The translations under genes were made by a program, and so were the position numbers. The notes beneath the pieces were generated by a model that was not told the DNA's origin, searched no databases, and saw only the letters and a list, made by a program, of their open reading frames with translations. A stretch of DNA of 64,000 nt from Armatimonadota bacterium (lineage in GTDB: Bacteria > Armatimonadota > UBA10988), in NCBI GenBank assembly GCA_016235455.1, contig JACRKZ010000018.1:1-64000 (forward strand), written 5' to 3'. Of the stretch, positions 19,051 to 28,413 are shown in pieces; position 1 is the stretch's first letter, and every line of letters begins with the position of its first letter.

Positions 19051-20349
19051 ATGACACGTCGCAACGCCCGAGCAATCGGGTTCCTGGTCGCGCTGTGCGC
19101 GGCTCCGGCGCTGGCCGACAGCGCCACTTCAACGAGCGCCAACGGCGCCGACACAGCCTGGGTACTGGCCTGCGCGGCGCTCGTGCTGTTCATGACGCCG
19201 GGCCTGGCCATGTTCTATGGCGGCATGGTCCGACGCAAGAACGTATTGGGCACGCTGCTGCACAGTTTCATTGCCATTGCCCTGATCAGCGTGCTCTGGG
19301 TGTTAGGAGGTTTCAGCCTGGCCTTCGCAACGGGCAGTCCGCTGATCGGTGGTCTGCAACACGTTGGTCTTTTGGGCATGACCGATGCGGTCTGGCCGAA
19401 CACCACCATTCCGCCGTTGGCCTTCATGATCTACCAGGCCATGTTCGCCGTGATCACTCCGGCGCTCATCGCCGGCGCCGTGGCTGAGCGCATGCGCCTC
19501 GCCGCCTATCTGGGCTTCATCGCCTTGTGGTCGCTGCTGGTCTACTGCCCCGTGGCGCACTGGATGTGGGCCGCCGACGGGTGGCTGCTCAAGAAGGGCG
19601 CGCTCGACTTCGCCGGGGGCAACGTGGTCCATGTCAGTTCCGGCTTCTCGGCGCTGGTGGCCTGCCTCGTGCTGGGTAGCCGCACGCAGGATGTGGAGGA
19701 CATCGCGGCGCCGCACAACCTGACCATGACCGTGCTGGGCGCGGGCATCCTGTGGTTCGGCTGGTTCGGCTTCAATGCCGGCAGCGCGCTGGGGGCCAAC
19801 AACATCGCCGCCACCGCCTTCGTCAATACCAACACCGCCGGCGCCTCGGCGCTACTCGTCTGGGCCATCGTCGAGTACATGCGCCACGGCCATGCCACCG
19901 TGCTCGGCGCCGTGTCGGGTGCAGTGGCCGGCCTGGCCGCCGTGACGCCAGCGGCCGGCTTCGTCTCGCCGCTGGTGGCCATGCTCATCGGCGCCGTGGT
20001 GGCCATCGTCTGCTTCGCCGCCGTGGAGCTCAAGGGTAGATTCGGCTACGACGACAGCCTCGACGCCTTCGGCGTGCATGGCATCGGTGGCGTGTGCGGC
20101 ATGTTGGCCACCGGTGTGTTCGCCCTCAAGGCCATCAACCCCGCCGGCGCCGACGGCCTGCTCGCCGGCCACGCCGACCTGCTGCTGACCCAGATCATGG
20201 CCGTGGCCGTGGTCATCGTCTACTCCTGCGCGATGACCTACCTCCTGCTGCGGGTCATCGGCGCCATGACACCGCTGACGCTCACCGACGAGGAGCAGCG
20301 CGACGGCATGGACCTGGTGCTGCACAACGAGGTCGGCTACCGCATGTAG
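19051..20349 (+). CDS. amt: Ammonium transporter (copy 1)
   Basis: MTPGLAMFYGGMVRRKN, QAMFAVITPAL, DFAGGNVVH, WFGWFGFNAGS, DDSLDAFGVHG. Confidence 0.95.
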   Translation: MTRRNARAIGFLVALCAAPALADSATSTSANGADTAWVLACAALVLFMTPGLAMFYGGMVRRKNVLGTLLHSFIAIALISVLWVLGGFSLAFATGSPLIGGLQHVGLLGMTDAVWPNTTIPPLAFMIYQAMFAVITPALIAGAVAERMRLAAYLGFIALWSLLVYCPVAHWMWAADGWLLKKGALDFAGGNVVHVSSGFSALVACLVLGSRTQDVEDIAAPHNLTMTVLGAGILWFGWFGFNAGSALGANNIAATAFVNTNTAGASALLVWAIVEYMRHGHATVLGAVSGAVAGLAAVTPAAGFVSPLVAMLIGAVVAIVCFAAVELKGRFGYDDSLDAFGVHGIGGVCGMLATGVFALKAINPAGADGLLAGHADLLLTQIMAVAVVIVYSCAMTYLLLRVIGAMTPLTLTDEEQRDGMDLVLHNEVGYRM

Positions 20350-20590
20350 ACGGCCGCACAGCCGGCACCGAAACACTTCGCGGGTCGTTCGCCAGCCGGC
20401 GGACGACCCGCGAAGCCGCTTGTAGAGCGCTCTCGCGGCGATTCGTCGCCGATTTGTGTTCGGTTCATGTTTCGTCCTAAGTTTCACCGTCACGACATCT
20501 CCCCGACATCTCTCCGGGGCACAATACGGTTACGCACAGAGGTGGACCGGGCCAGTGAGCCGGGCCGGTGCGACCGAGGAGGACCGAGAC

Positions 20591-21898
20591 ATGAGACGAG
20601 GAGTGACGAGCGGACTCTGCTGGCTGACAGCGCTTAGCGCTCTCCCAGCGCTGGCTCAGGCACCTGGCGCAGCGGCTCCGGCCCAACCCAACACCGGCGA
20701 CACGGCCTGGGTTCTGGCCAGCGCGGCACTGGTGCTGTTCATGACCCCAGGCCTGGCCCTGTTCTATGCGGGCATGGTTCGTCGCAAGAATGTGCTGGGA
20801 ACGTTACTGCACAGTTTCATCGCCATGGCACTGATGAGCGTGCTATGGGTGGTGATTGGTTTCAGCCTCGCCTTCGCCGAGGGTTCGCCGTTCGTGGGCG
20901 GCCTCAAGTACCTGGGCATGGGCAACATGGCTGACCCGGTTTGGACGGGTACCAGCATTCCGCCCATGGCCTTCATGATCTACCAGGCCATGTTCGCGGT
21001 CATCACACCGGCGCTGATCTCCGGCGCGGTTGCCGAGCGCATGCGCTTTGGAGCCTATGTGCTGTTCATCGGCCTGTGGTCGCTGCTGGTCTACTGTCCG
21101 GTGGCACACTGGGTGTGGGGCGCGGATGGCTTCCTGCTCAAGATGGGCGCGCTGGACTTCGCTGGCGGCAACGTGGTGCACGTGAGTTCGGGTGTTTCGG
21201 CCCTCGTGGCCTGTCTCGTGCTGGGCGCGCGGTCCAAGGACACGGAAGATATCCCCGCGCCGCACAACCTGGGCATGACAGTGCTGGGCGCCGGCATCCT
21301 GTGGTTCGGCTGGTTCGGCTTCAATGCCGGCAGCGCCCTGGGCGCCAACAACCTGGCCGCCACGGCCTTCGTCAACACCAACACCGCCGCGGCCACGGCC
21401 ATGCTGATGTGGTGCCTGGTGGAGTATCTGCGGCACGGTCGCGCCACGGTGCTGGGCGGCGTGTCGGGTGCGGTGGCCGGCCTGGTCGCCATCACGCCGG
21501 CGGCTGGCTTCGTGACGCCCATGGCGGCCATCGCCATCGGCGCGCTGGTCACCCTGGTGTGCTTCACCGCCATCGAGCTCAAGGGCAGGCTGGGCTACGA
21601 CGATAGCCTGGACGCCTTTGGCGTGCACGGCGTGGGCGGCGCGACCGGCGCCATGCTGACCGGCGTGTTCGCCCTCAAGGCGGTCAACGCGGCCGGCCAG
21701 GATGGCCTGCTGGCGGGCAACGCCGGTCTGCTGGTCACGCAGGCGGTCTCGGTGGTAGTGACCGCGGTCTACGCCGCCGTGGTGACCTTCATCCTCCTCA
21801 AGGTCATCGGCGCGCTCACGCCTCTGAAGCTGTCCGCCGAGGAGCAGAGCGACGGCATGGACATGGTGCTGCACAACGAGGTCGGCTACCGTCTGTAG
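20591..21898 (+). CDS. amt: Ammonium transporter (copy 2)
   Basis: Same Amt motifs; GGAGGA SD. Confidence 0.95.
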   Translation: MRRGVTSGLCWLTALSALPALAQAPGAAAPAQPNTGDTAWVLASAALVLFMTPGLALFYAGMVRRKNVLGTLLHSFIAMALMSVLWVVIGFSLAFAEGSPFVGGLKYLGMGNMADPVWTGTSIPPMAFMIYQAMFAVITPALISGAVAERMRFGAYVLFIGLWSLLVYCPVAHWVWGADGFLLKMGALDFAGGNVVHVSSGVSALVACLVLGARSKDTEDIPAPHNLGMTVLGAGILWFGWFGFNAGSALGANNLAATAFVNTNTAAATAMLMWCLVEYLRHGRATVLGGVSGAVAGLVAITPAAGFVTPMAAIAIGALVTLVCFTAIELKGRLGYDDSLDAFGVHGVGGATGAMLTGVFALKAVNAAGQDGLLAGNAGLLVTQAVSVVVTAVYAAVVTFILLKVIGALTPLKLSAEEQSDGMDMVLHNEVGYRL

Positions 21899-21920
21899 TC
21901 CCGGCACTCGACTGAACGCA

Positions 21921-21963
21921 GGCAAAGGGCCGGCCCCCAGGGCCGGCCCTTTGCCGTTGGTTT
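21921..21963 (+). terminator. Terminator hairpin after amt2
   Basis: ggcaaagggccggccc-cca-gggccggccctttgcc followed by gttggttt. Confidence 0.7.
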
Positions 21964-22000
21964 CCACCAGGCCCGCGGGCCGCCAGGCGGCCCAAATAGC

Positions 22001-22031
22001 GAAAGGCCGACCCTGCGCGGATCGGCCTTTC
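22001..22031 (-). terminator. Hairpin downstream of tRNA-Pro
   Basis: gaaaggccga...tcggcctttc. Confidence 0.6.
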
Positions 22032-22040
22032 CCGTGGCAG

Positions 22041-22114
22041 TCGGGGCGACTGGACTTGAACCAGCGACCTCTTGACCCCCAGTCAAGCGCGCTACCAAAC
22101 TGCGCCACGCCCCG
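22041..22114 (-). tRNA. tRNA-Pro(GGG), CCA not encoded
   Basis: Cloverleaf CGGGGCG..GCGCAGTTTGGTAGCGC..CTTGA-CTGGGGG-TCAAG..GGTTCAAGTCC..CGCCCCGA. Confidence 0.95.
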
Positions 22115-22126
22115 AAGACGCCACGC

Positions 22127-22135
22127 AGTATAGCA
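22127..22135 (-). promoter_or_regulatory. Extended -10 element of tRNA-Pro
   Basis: TGCTATACT 13 nt upstream of the tRNA 5' end. Confidence 0.6.
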
Positions 22136-22219
22136 TGGGCCTGACACCGCGACAAGGAGTGATCGAGACGGGGAAGGAGTCGCCACCGGCGCGACGAACC
22201 ATGAGCTATCCGCACGAGG

Positions 22220-23557
22220 GTGGGAAAGGCGACGTCGTTGCTGCTGAGACCGGGAGATCTGCTCGAGGGGCGGCTGGACACCTACGCCGTCAGCTCCACC
22301 ATGAGCCGCGGAGCCTACGGCTGCGCGCATCTCGCGCGCACGTCCGACGGCGCGTGGCGGGTGATCAAGCAGTTCCTGCCTACCGAGGAGCTGTCACGCA
22401 GCGATCTGGAGTACCAACGCCTGTGCTTCGACCGCGAAGCCGATATCCTCACCCGCTTCCACTCCCCGCTGATCGTCTATGGCTATGAGCTGATCCATGC
22501 CGACGACGACCGCTTCCTGGTCATGGAGCATGTCCAGGGGCAGACGCTACGCGCCCTGTTCGACCGCCACCGGCTGGACAACGGCCAGCCCTGGGCCTGG
22601 CCGCGCGTGGTAGCCATCGGCCGGCAGTTGGCCGCCGCGCTGCACTGGCTGCACGGGCTGCCCGGCCGTATCATCTACCGCGATCTCAAGCCCGCCAACA
22701 TCATGTGGGACGCGGTGGCGCAACGACTCAAGCTGATCGACTTCGGCACGGCCCGCTTCAACGCCGACGGCAGCCGCGCCACGCAAGGGCTGGGCACCGC
22801 CGGCTACGCGCCGCCCGAGCTGTATGGTCAGGGCGAGCTCGGCCCGCCGGCCGATGTCTACACGCTCGGCGCCGTGCTCTACGAACTGCTCACCGGCACG
22901 CCGCCGCCTGACCGCACCACACCCACCGACTTCTCCGCGGTTGTCGAGCCGTTGCCGGCCGAACTGTCGGCCGCCCTGACGCGCGCCCTGCAGCAGGATC
23001 CCGCCCGCCGCTTCGCCGACGCGGGCGAGTTCGGCGCTGCGCTGGGGGCGCTGGCGGTCAACGACGACTCGCCGTTGACCGTGCCGCCGCGCAACCTGCA
23101 CCCGCCCATCGCCTGTTTCTGCCCGACATGCGGCCGCGAGCCCGGTAGCGACTCCGCTGTGTTCTGCGGCGTCGATGGCAGCGTGTACCAGGTGGCCATG
23201 CTGCGCATCGTGCCCCGCCACCGGCCAGCCACCACGGTCTACCTCGACCGGCGCGAAGCCGTGCTGGGCCGCAACGATCCCGACCGTGGCTGGTACCCAG
23301 AGGTGGATCTGAGCGCCTGCGACCCGGCCCGCCATGTCTCACGACGCCATGCCCGGCTGCGACGCGACGCCGGCTCGCTGTCGGTGGTGGCCGCACCCAC
23401 CACAAACAGCACGCGCGTGGACGGGCAGCCGTTGGCACCCGACACGCCGGTTGAGCTCAAGGCGGGTAGCCGTCTGGAACTCGGCGACCTGGTCGCGACG
23501 GTGATCATCCGACCGGTGCTCGATCCGACGCCGGTGCTCGAGGAGGGGTATCTGTGA
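22220..23557 (+). CDS. Ser/Thr protein kinase with zinc-ribbon and C-terminal FHA domain
   Basis: RGAYG, VIKQ, YRDLKPAN, DFG, GYAPPE; CPTCG..FCGVDG; LGR..VSRRHA..TNST (FHA). Confidence 0.9.
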   Translation: MGKATSLLLRPGDLLEGRLDTYAVSSTMSRGAYGCAHLARTSDGAWRVIKQFLPTEELSRSDLEYQRLCFDREADILTRFHSPLIVYGYELIHADDDRFLVMEHVQGQTLRALFDRHRLDNGQPWAWPRVVAIGRQLAAALHWLHGLPGRIIYRDLKPANIMWDAVAQRLKLIDFGTARFNADGSRATQGLGTAGYAPPELYGQGELGPPADVYTLGAVLYELLTGTPPPDRTTPTDFSAVVEPLPAELSAALTRALQQDPARRFADAGEFGAALGALAVNDDSPLTVPPRNLHPPIACFCPTCGREPGSDSAVFCGVDGSVYQVAMLRIVPRHRPATTVYLDRREAVLGRNDPDRGWYPEVDLSACDPARHVSRRHARLRRDAGSLSVVAAPTTNSTRVDGQPLAPDTPVELKAGSRLELGDLVATVIIRPVLDPTPVLEEGYL

Positions 23558-24981
23558 TGTCGCCATTGGCTGACTCCCTGCGCGAGGGCGCCATCATTGC
23601 GGGCCGCTACCAGATCCGGCGCACGCTGGCCAGCGACTCCGAAGCACGGCTGCTCGTCGCGGTGGACGACGGCGGGCCGCGGCCGGAGTTGCGCGTCCTC
23701 CTCACCCGACCGGCCAACTCCGCGCCGGATCTGCGGCAGGCCGCGGATCTTGCCAGCGCCGGCTCGCTGTGCGCGCCGCTGGTCGACTCATTGGAGGTCG
23801 ATGGCCAGCAGGTACTCGTGCTGGGGGCCAATGGTGGCCTCACACTGGCCGACCCGTCGCCGTCAGCCAATGACCCGTGGCTGGCCCACGTGCTGCTGGT
23901 ACTGACCCAGTTGCTCAGCGATTTGGCGCGCGCCGGCGCCGACCTCGACCAGGTGACGCTGGCCCGCCTGGTGCTCGTGCCCGGCGAGCCCGGTCTGCGC
24001 TACGTCGGCCCGGTGGTGGCCGGCGCCGCGACCGACCTGCCTGCTGCGTTGGCCCGCCTGCGTGACGACCTGCTGGCTCAGCCGGGCACCTGGAGCAGCG
24101 ACCTGCGCGCCTTCATCGAGCACTGGCGACACGGACGGCTGGGCAGCTTCAGCGATGTGCTCACCCATCTCGCCGCGCTCTGTGAGCCGGGCGAGCTCAC
24201 CGCGCAGGTCGGGCTGGTGTCCGACGCCGGCCGCATCCGCCGACAGAATGAGGATGCTGCCCTGCGCCTCGCGGAGCAGTCACTCACCGGCCTCGGCGCC
24301 GTGGAGTGGTCGTTGGTCGCGTTGGCCGATGGCATGGGCGGTCATCGCGGCGGCCGCCAGGCATCGCAGTTGGCGCTACACACGCTGGCCACCTCGCTGG
24401 CCTGGCAAGGTGCCAACGCCGCCATGGAAGGCCACTCGCCGCGCTGGGACGACAACGGCAGCGTGGTGGCCCTGCTGCTGGCCGCGGTCGATGAAGCGCA
24501 CCGCGCCGTGGCCGGTCTGGCCGACACCGGCGAGGAACGTGCGCCTGGCTGTACCCTGACTGCCGGCCTGTTGGTCGACCGACGGTTCTTCCTGGTGCAT
24601 GTCGGCGACAGCCGTGCTTACCTGGCGCGCGACGGCCGGCTCGAACAGCTGACGCGCGACGACACGCTCGTGCAGGGCCTGGTCGACGGTGGCGACCTGA
24701 CCGCGGCTGAGGCCCGCAGCCATCCGTCGGGCCACGTGCTGACGCAAGCGCTCGGCCAGCCGGTGGCCATCAACCCGATGGTCGGACTGCGGTTGCTGTG
24801 GCCCGGCGATCGCCTGCTCTTCTGTAGTGACGGGATCACGGAGTCGCTCGACGACGCGGCCTTGGCCGCGCTGCTGGCCGACCCGCGGCCCGCCGCTGAT
24901 GTCGCCGAGCGGGTGGTGACCGCGGCGCTCACCGCCGGCAGTCGTGACAACGTGACCGCCATCGTGCAAGACTTGAGCTAG
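23557..24981 (+). CDS. PP2C Ser/Thr phosphatase with degenerate kinase-like N-terminus
   Basis: GRIRRQNED, ADGMGG, HVGDSRAY, CSDGI, GSRDNVT; N-terminal GRYQIRRTL. Confidence 0.88.
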   Translation: MSPLADSLREGAIIAGRYQIRRTLASDSEARLLVAVDDGGPRPELRVLLTRPANSAPDLRQAADLASAGSLCAPLVDSLEVDGQQVLVLGANGGLTLADPSPSANDPWLAHVLLVLTQLLSDLARAGADLDQVTLARLVLVPGEPGLRYVGPVVAGAATDLPAALARLRDDLLAQPGTWSSDLRAFIEHWRHGRLGSFSDVLTHLAALCEPGELTAQVGLVSDAGRIRRQNEDAALRLAEQSLTGLGAVEWSLVALADGMGGHRGGRQASQLALHTLATSLAWQGANAAMEGHSPRWDDNGSVVALLLAAVDEAHRAVAGLADTGEERAPGCTLTAGLLVDRRFFLVHVGDSRAYLARDGRLEQLTRDDTLVQGLVDGGDLTAAEARSHPSGHVLTQALGQPVAINPMVGLRLLWPGDRLLFCSDGITESLDDAALAALLADPRPAADVAERVVTAALTAGSRDNVTAIVQDLS

Positions 24982-24994
24982 GAGAGCATGGTCC

Positions 24995-26257
24995 ATGGCC
25001 GATCCGCTGCGTCTGCGAACCGCCACCGACAAGCCGTGCCGTCCACTGGACGGTGATTTCCTGACCACGGTGTTGGTGGAGGTGGCGCCCGCGCGCCGGC
25101 TGCGGCGGCTGCCACTCAACCTCGGCCTGCTGATCGATACCAGCGAGTCCATGCAAGGCGACAAACTAGACCAGGCACGCGAGGCGGTCATCGGCATGCT
25201 GGCCCGCCTGCAGCCGGATGACCTGGTGACGCTGGTCAGCTTCGCCTCACGGCCCGAGACGCATCTACGGGCCCAGCAGGCCGGGCCGGAGACGCATGAA
25301 CGCGCCCGCGGTGCCCTCATGGGCCTGCGCGCCGAAGGCGTCACCCAGCTCCTCCGCGGGCTGGAGACGGCCAACGCCGAACTACGCCGCAACGCAGGGC
25401 CCGACCGCAGCTCGTTCCTCGTCCTGCTCTCAGATGGCTTCCCTACCACCAACCAGGGCTACATCGATGCCGTGCAGGAGCCGTATCTGGTGCGCGTGGA
25501 CCGGGAGATGCGCGATCGCGGCATCTCCCTCAGCACCATCGGGCTGGGCGATGCCGCCAACTACGACCAGGCCTTCCTGCGCCGCCTGTCCGACAAGGGC
25601 AACGGACAGTTCTACTACTGTCAATCGCCCACCGCGCTAGCCCAGGACTTCTCGCGCGAGATCGGCCGCATCCAGCGCACCGTGCTGGGCGACGTCCAGC
25701 TCTCCGTGCGCCACCTGGATGGCACGTTGCGCCGCCTGTGGCGCGTGTTTCCCGACAAGAAGCTGTTCGATACGCCGCAAGTCGTCGATGGCGCCTTCAG
25801 CGTGCCCATCGGCTCGCTGCAGGACGAGCAGCCGCAGGCCTTCCTGCTGGACATCGTCACCTCGGCGCGGCCAACGTGCCGCGAACGCCTGCTCGAGGTG
25901 GACGCCGAGTGGTTCGGTGAGGGCCGCACCAATCGCGCCACGGCGCCCGTGGTCCTGGAATGGACCGACGACGCGCGAGCCCTGGCCCAACGCAACCAGG
26001 AAGTGGTACGCCTGGCCGCCGAGTGCCTGGATGCCTTGTTGGAGGAGGAACTCGAAGACGCGGTGTCCACAGGCAGCGTCGCCAAACAGACCAGCGTGCT
26101 GGCCCGCAAGAAGCAACTGACCGCCCGCCTGGGCAAGGTGGAAGCCACCCAGGTGCTCGAAGAGATGGAAGATGCACTGGCCGCGGGCCAGCCGATCTCG
26201 CAAGATGCACTGGCTCGTTCGAGCCAGCACACCAAGCCGACCCAACGTCTAGGGTAA
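24995..26257 (+). CDS. VWA domain protein (YfbK-like)
   Basis: MIDAS DTSESM, LLSDG, TIGLG; C-terminal helical tail. Confidence 0.88.
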   Translation: MADPLRLRTATDKPCRPLDGDFLTTVLVEVAPARRLRRLPLNLGLLIDTSESMQGDKLDQAREAVIGMLARLQPDDLVTLVSFASRPETHLRAQQAGPETHERARGALMGLRAEGVTQLLRGLETANAELRRNAGPDRSSFLVLLSDGFPTTNQGYIDAVQEPYLVRVDREMRDRGISLSTIGLGDAANYDQAFLRRLSDKGNGQFYYCQSPTALAQDFSREIGRIQRTVLGDVQLSVRHLDGTLRRLWRVFPDKKLFDTPQVVDGAFSVPIGSLQDEQPQAFLLDIVTSARPTCRERLLEVDAEWFGEGRTNRATAPVVLEWTDDARALAQRNQEVVRLAAECLDALLEEELEDAVSTGSVAKQTSVLARKKQLTARLGKVEATQVLEEMEDALAAGQPISQDALARSSQHTKPTQRLG

Positions 26258-26261
26258 CCCG

Positions 26262-26996
26262 ATGCGCTGTCCTGAATGCCAACATGCCAACGTCGCCGGG
26301 AGCCTCTTCTGCGAGGTCTGCGGCGCCGACCTCGACACGCAGGTAGTCGCCTTGCCGACACCGGCGCCCGCGATCGCCGAGCCCGCCTCGCCGGCAGAGC
26401 CAGCCGCACAGACGACGGGTCTGGGCGGCGGCTCGGAAGCCGCCGACGGCAGCGTCCCGACTGGCGCGCTGGTCTGCGCGCACTGTGGGCACGGCAATGA
26501 CCCGCGGTTCGTCATCTGCGAAGCCTGTGGGCGCGCCTTGACCCGCATTGCCGTGGTGGCCGCGGACGAAGCCCCCGCTCGCCGACTGGAGACTGCCGCC
26601 GCTCAGCCTGCGCCGGCGCCACCGGCCGCACCCAGCTTGGTGTCCGGCCAGTTGGCCACCGGACCCCAGCGCGGCAAGGTCAAGCTGGTGGTTGAACAGG
26701 GCATGGTGTTGGGCAAGCAGTTCCTGCTCAGCGAGGAGCAGAGCCTTGTCGGCCGCGAAGACGCCGCCGACCGCATCTTCCCCGAGATTGACCTCAGCGG
26801 GCTCGACGAAGGCTACGTGCATCGGCGCCATGCCCTGCTGACCTTCGAGGGCACCTTCCTGTTCGTCACCCACCTCGGTGGCCACAACCGGACCTATGTG
26901 AACAACCGGCCTATCGCCGATCACCTGCCGCACCCGGTGAACATCGGCGACACGGTCCGCTTCGGCAAAGTCCTTCTGCGCGTCACAGAGGCATAG
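26262..26996 (+). CDS. Double zinc-ribbon + FHA protein
   Basis: CPECQ..FCEVCG, CAHCG..ICEACG; VGRED..VHRRHA..NRTYVN. Confidence 0.88.
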   Translation: MRCPECQHANVAGSLFCEVCGADLDTQVVALPTPAPAIAEPASPAEPAAQTTGLGGGSEAADGSVPTGALVCAHCGHGNDPRFVICEACGRALTRIAVVAADEAPARRLETAAAQPAPAPPAAPSLVSGQLATGPQRGKVKLVVEQGMVLGKQFLLSEEQSLVGREDAADRIFPEIDLSGLDEGYVHRRHALLTFEGTFLFVTHLGGHNRTYVNNRPIADHLPHPVNIGDTVRFGKVLLRVTEA

Positions 26997-28292
26997 ATGG
27001 CGGTTCGACTCACGCACGCAACGGGTGATCTCATCGGACACCACATGGTCCGCGGCCTGCTCGGCCGCGGTGCCTTCGGCTCGGTCTACCGGTGCGTCGA
27101 CCCGACTTCTGGCGAGCTGCGCGTCATCAAGGAGATGCACGTCGCCGCGCCGGCCGACGAGGCCGCCATGGCGCTTGAGCATTTCCGGGCCGAGGCGGCG
27201 CTGGTGGCCACACTCGACCACCCGCACCTGCCCCACGGCGAGGCGTTGACAGTTGACGGTCCGTTCACCATCGATGCCGCGACCGGCGCCGCCGCCGACG
27301 AGGGGGCGGAAGACACACTGAGTGTGCGAAGCCGCCATTACCTCGTTATGGACGCGCTGGATGGCGTGTCCATGGAGGAGCTGTGCGAGATCGCTGGCAG
27401 CACCGAGCGGCCCCTGGCGCCCGCCACGGTGCTCGCCTGGGCGCAGCAGATCGGCGGCGCGCTGAGCTACCTGCATGCCCGCGGGCTCGTACATCGCGAC
27501 GTCAAGCCCGCCAACATCATCATCAACAGCGCCGGCGACCGAGCCATGCTCATCGATCTGGGACTGACGCGCGAGGCACGCGTGGTGCCCGGCTACGGCA
27601 CGCAGCCGATCAGCACTAGCGGGCGGTTCGGGACACGCGGTTACGCGCCGCCCGATCCCATGGAGCAGGAAGAGCCAACAGCGCTCAGCGACCTGCACGC
27701 GCTCGGCATGACTCTGTTGCGCGCGCTGACCGGGCTTGACCCGACGCGGCCTGACGAGTTGGCCAGACTGCGTGCCCTGAACCTGCTCGACTCCCTCAGC
27801 GATCTCGAGCCCTACCAGGCGGCGCTCCTGCTGCGGGCCACCCGGCCAGACCCGTCCGACCGGCCGTCGTCGGTGGATGCCTTCCTGGACGGTCTGCGCC
27901 ATCCCCCGGCGCTGGCGCTGAACCCGAGTTGGACCTGCTGGCTGGAGCTGCGGCCACCCAGCATCGATGCGGGGCAACTGCGCGCGGGGCAGATCCGCGA
28001 CCTGACGGTGACCATCCATGACAAGCGTGCTGGCCGCCAACCGGAGGGCGAGGCCATCAGCGAAGACCCATGCCTGCGCATCTTGCCGCCAGCCTTGCGT
28101 GGCACCGACATCGTGCTGCCGTTGGTGCTGCGTGTGCCGCCTCGCCAGGAGCCCGGCCACTACCGCACGTCGCTGATGGTGCGCACGGCCGATGAGGAGC
28201 ACGAAGTGCCGGTGACCTATGAGGTGACGCCGCGTCCGGCCGGCGGCACGCCGGGCGGGTGCTTGCTGATGGGGTTCGGCGGGACGAAGTGA
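26997..28292 (+). CDS. Ser/Thr protein kinase with C-terminal beta-rich (Ig-like) domain
   Basis: LGRGAFGSVY, VIKE, HRDVKPAN, DLG, GTRGYAPP. Confidence 0.88.
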   Translation: MAVRLTHATGDLIGHHMVRGLLGRGAFGSVYRCVDPTSGELRVIKEMHVAAPADEAAMALEHFRAEAALVATLDHPHLPHGEALTVDGPFTIDAATGAAADEGAEDTLSVRSRHYLVMDALDGVSMEELCEIAGSTERPLAPATVLAWAQQIGGALSYLHARGLVHRDVKPANIIINSAGDRAMLIDLGLTREARVVPGYGTQPISTSGRFGTRGYAPPDPMEQEEPTALSDLHALGMTLLRALTGLDPTRPDELARLRALNLLDSLSDLEPYQAALLLRATRPDPSDRPSSVDAFLDGLRHPPALALNPSWTCWLELRPPSIDAGQLRAGQIRDLTVTIHDKRAGRQPEGEAISEDPCLRILPPALRGTDIVLPLVLRVPPRQEPGHYRTSLMVRTADEEHEVPVTYEVTPRPAGGTPGGCLLMGFGGTK

Positions 28293-28296
28293 GAGA

Positions 28297-28369
28297 CGCG
28301 CCTGGCAGGAATCGAACCTGCGACATTCGGCTTAGAAGGCCGCTGCTCTATCCCCTGAGCTACAGGCGC
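28297..28369 (-). tRNA. tRNA-Arg(TCT), CCA not encoded
   Basis: GCGCCTG TA GCTC..GAGC A GCGGC-CTTCTAA-GCCGA..GCAGG TTCGATT CCTGC CAGGCGC G. Confidence 0.93.
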
Positions 28370-28383
28370 ATGTGCAGGCCTGA

Positions 28384-28413
28384 ATAATAGGCCTCGCCCC
28401 GGCAGATCGTCAA
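28384..28413 (-). promoter_or_regulatory. Putative promoter of tRNA-Arg
   Basis: TTGACG-18 nt-TATTAT on the minus strand. Confidence 0.5.

Noticed and set aside
25857-28202. 781-aa minus-strand ORF
   Set aside because: Shadow of the vWA, FHA and kinase genes
22041-28369. tRNA-bounded genomic island carrying the kinase operon
   Set aside because: No integrase, no duplicated tRNA 3' end (att) seen, and composition matches the flanks
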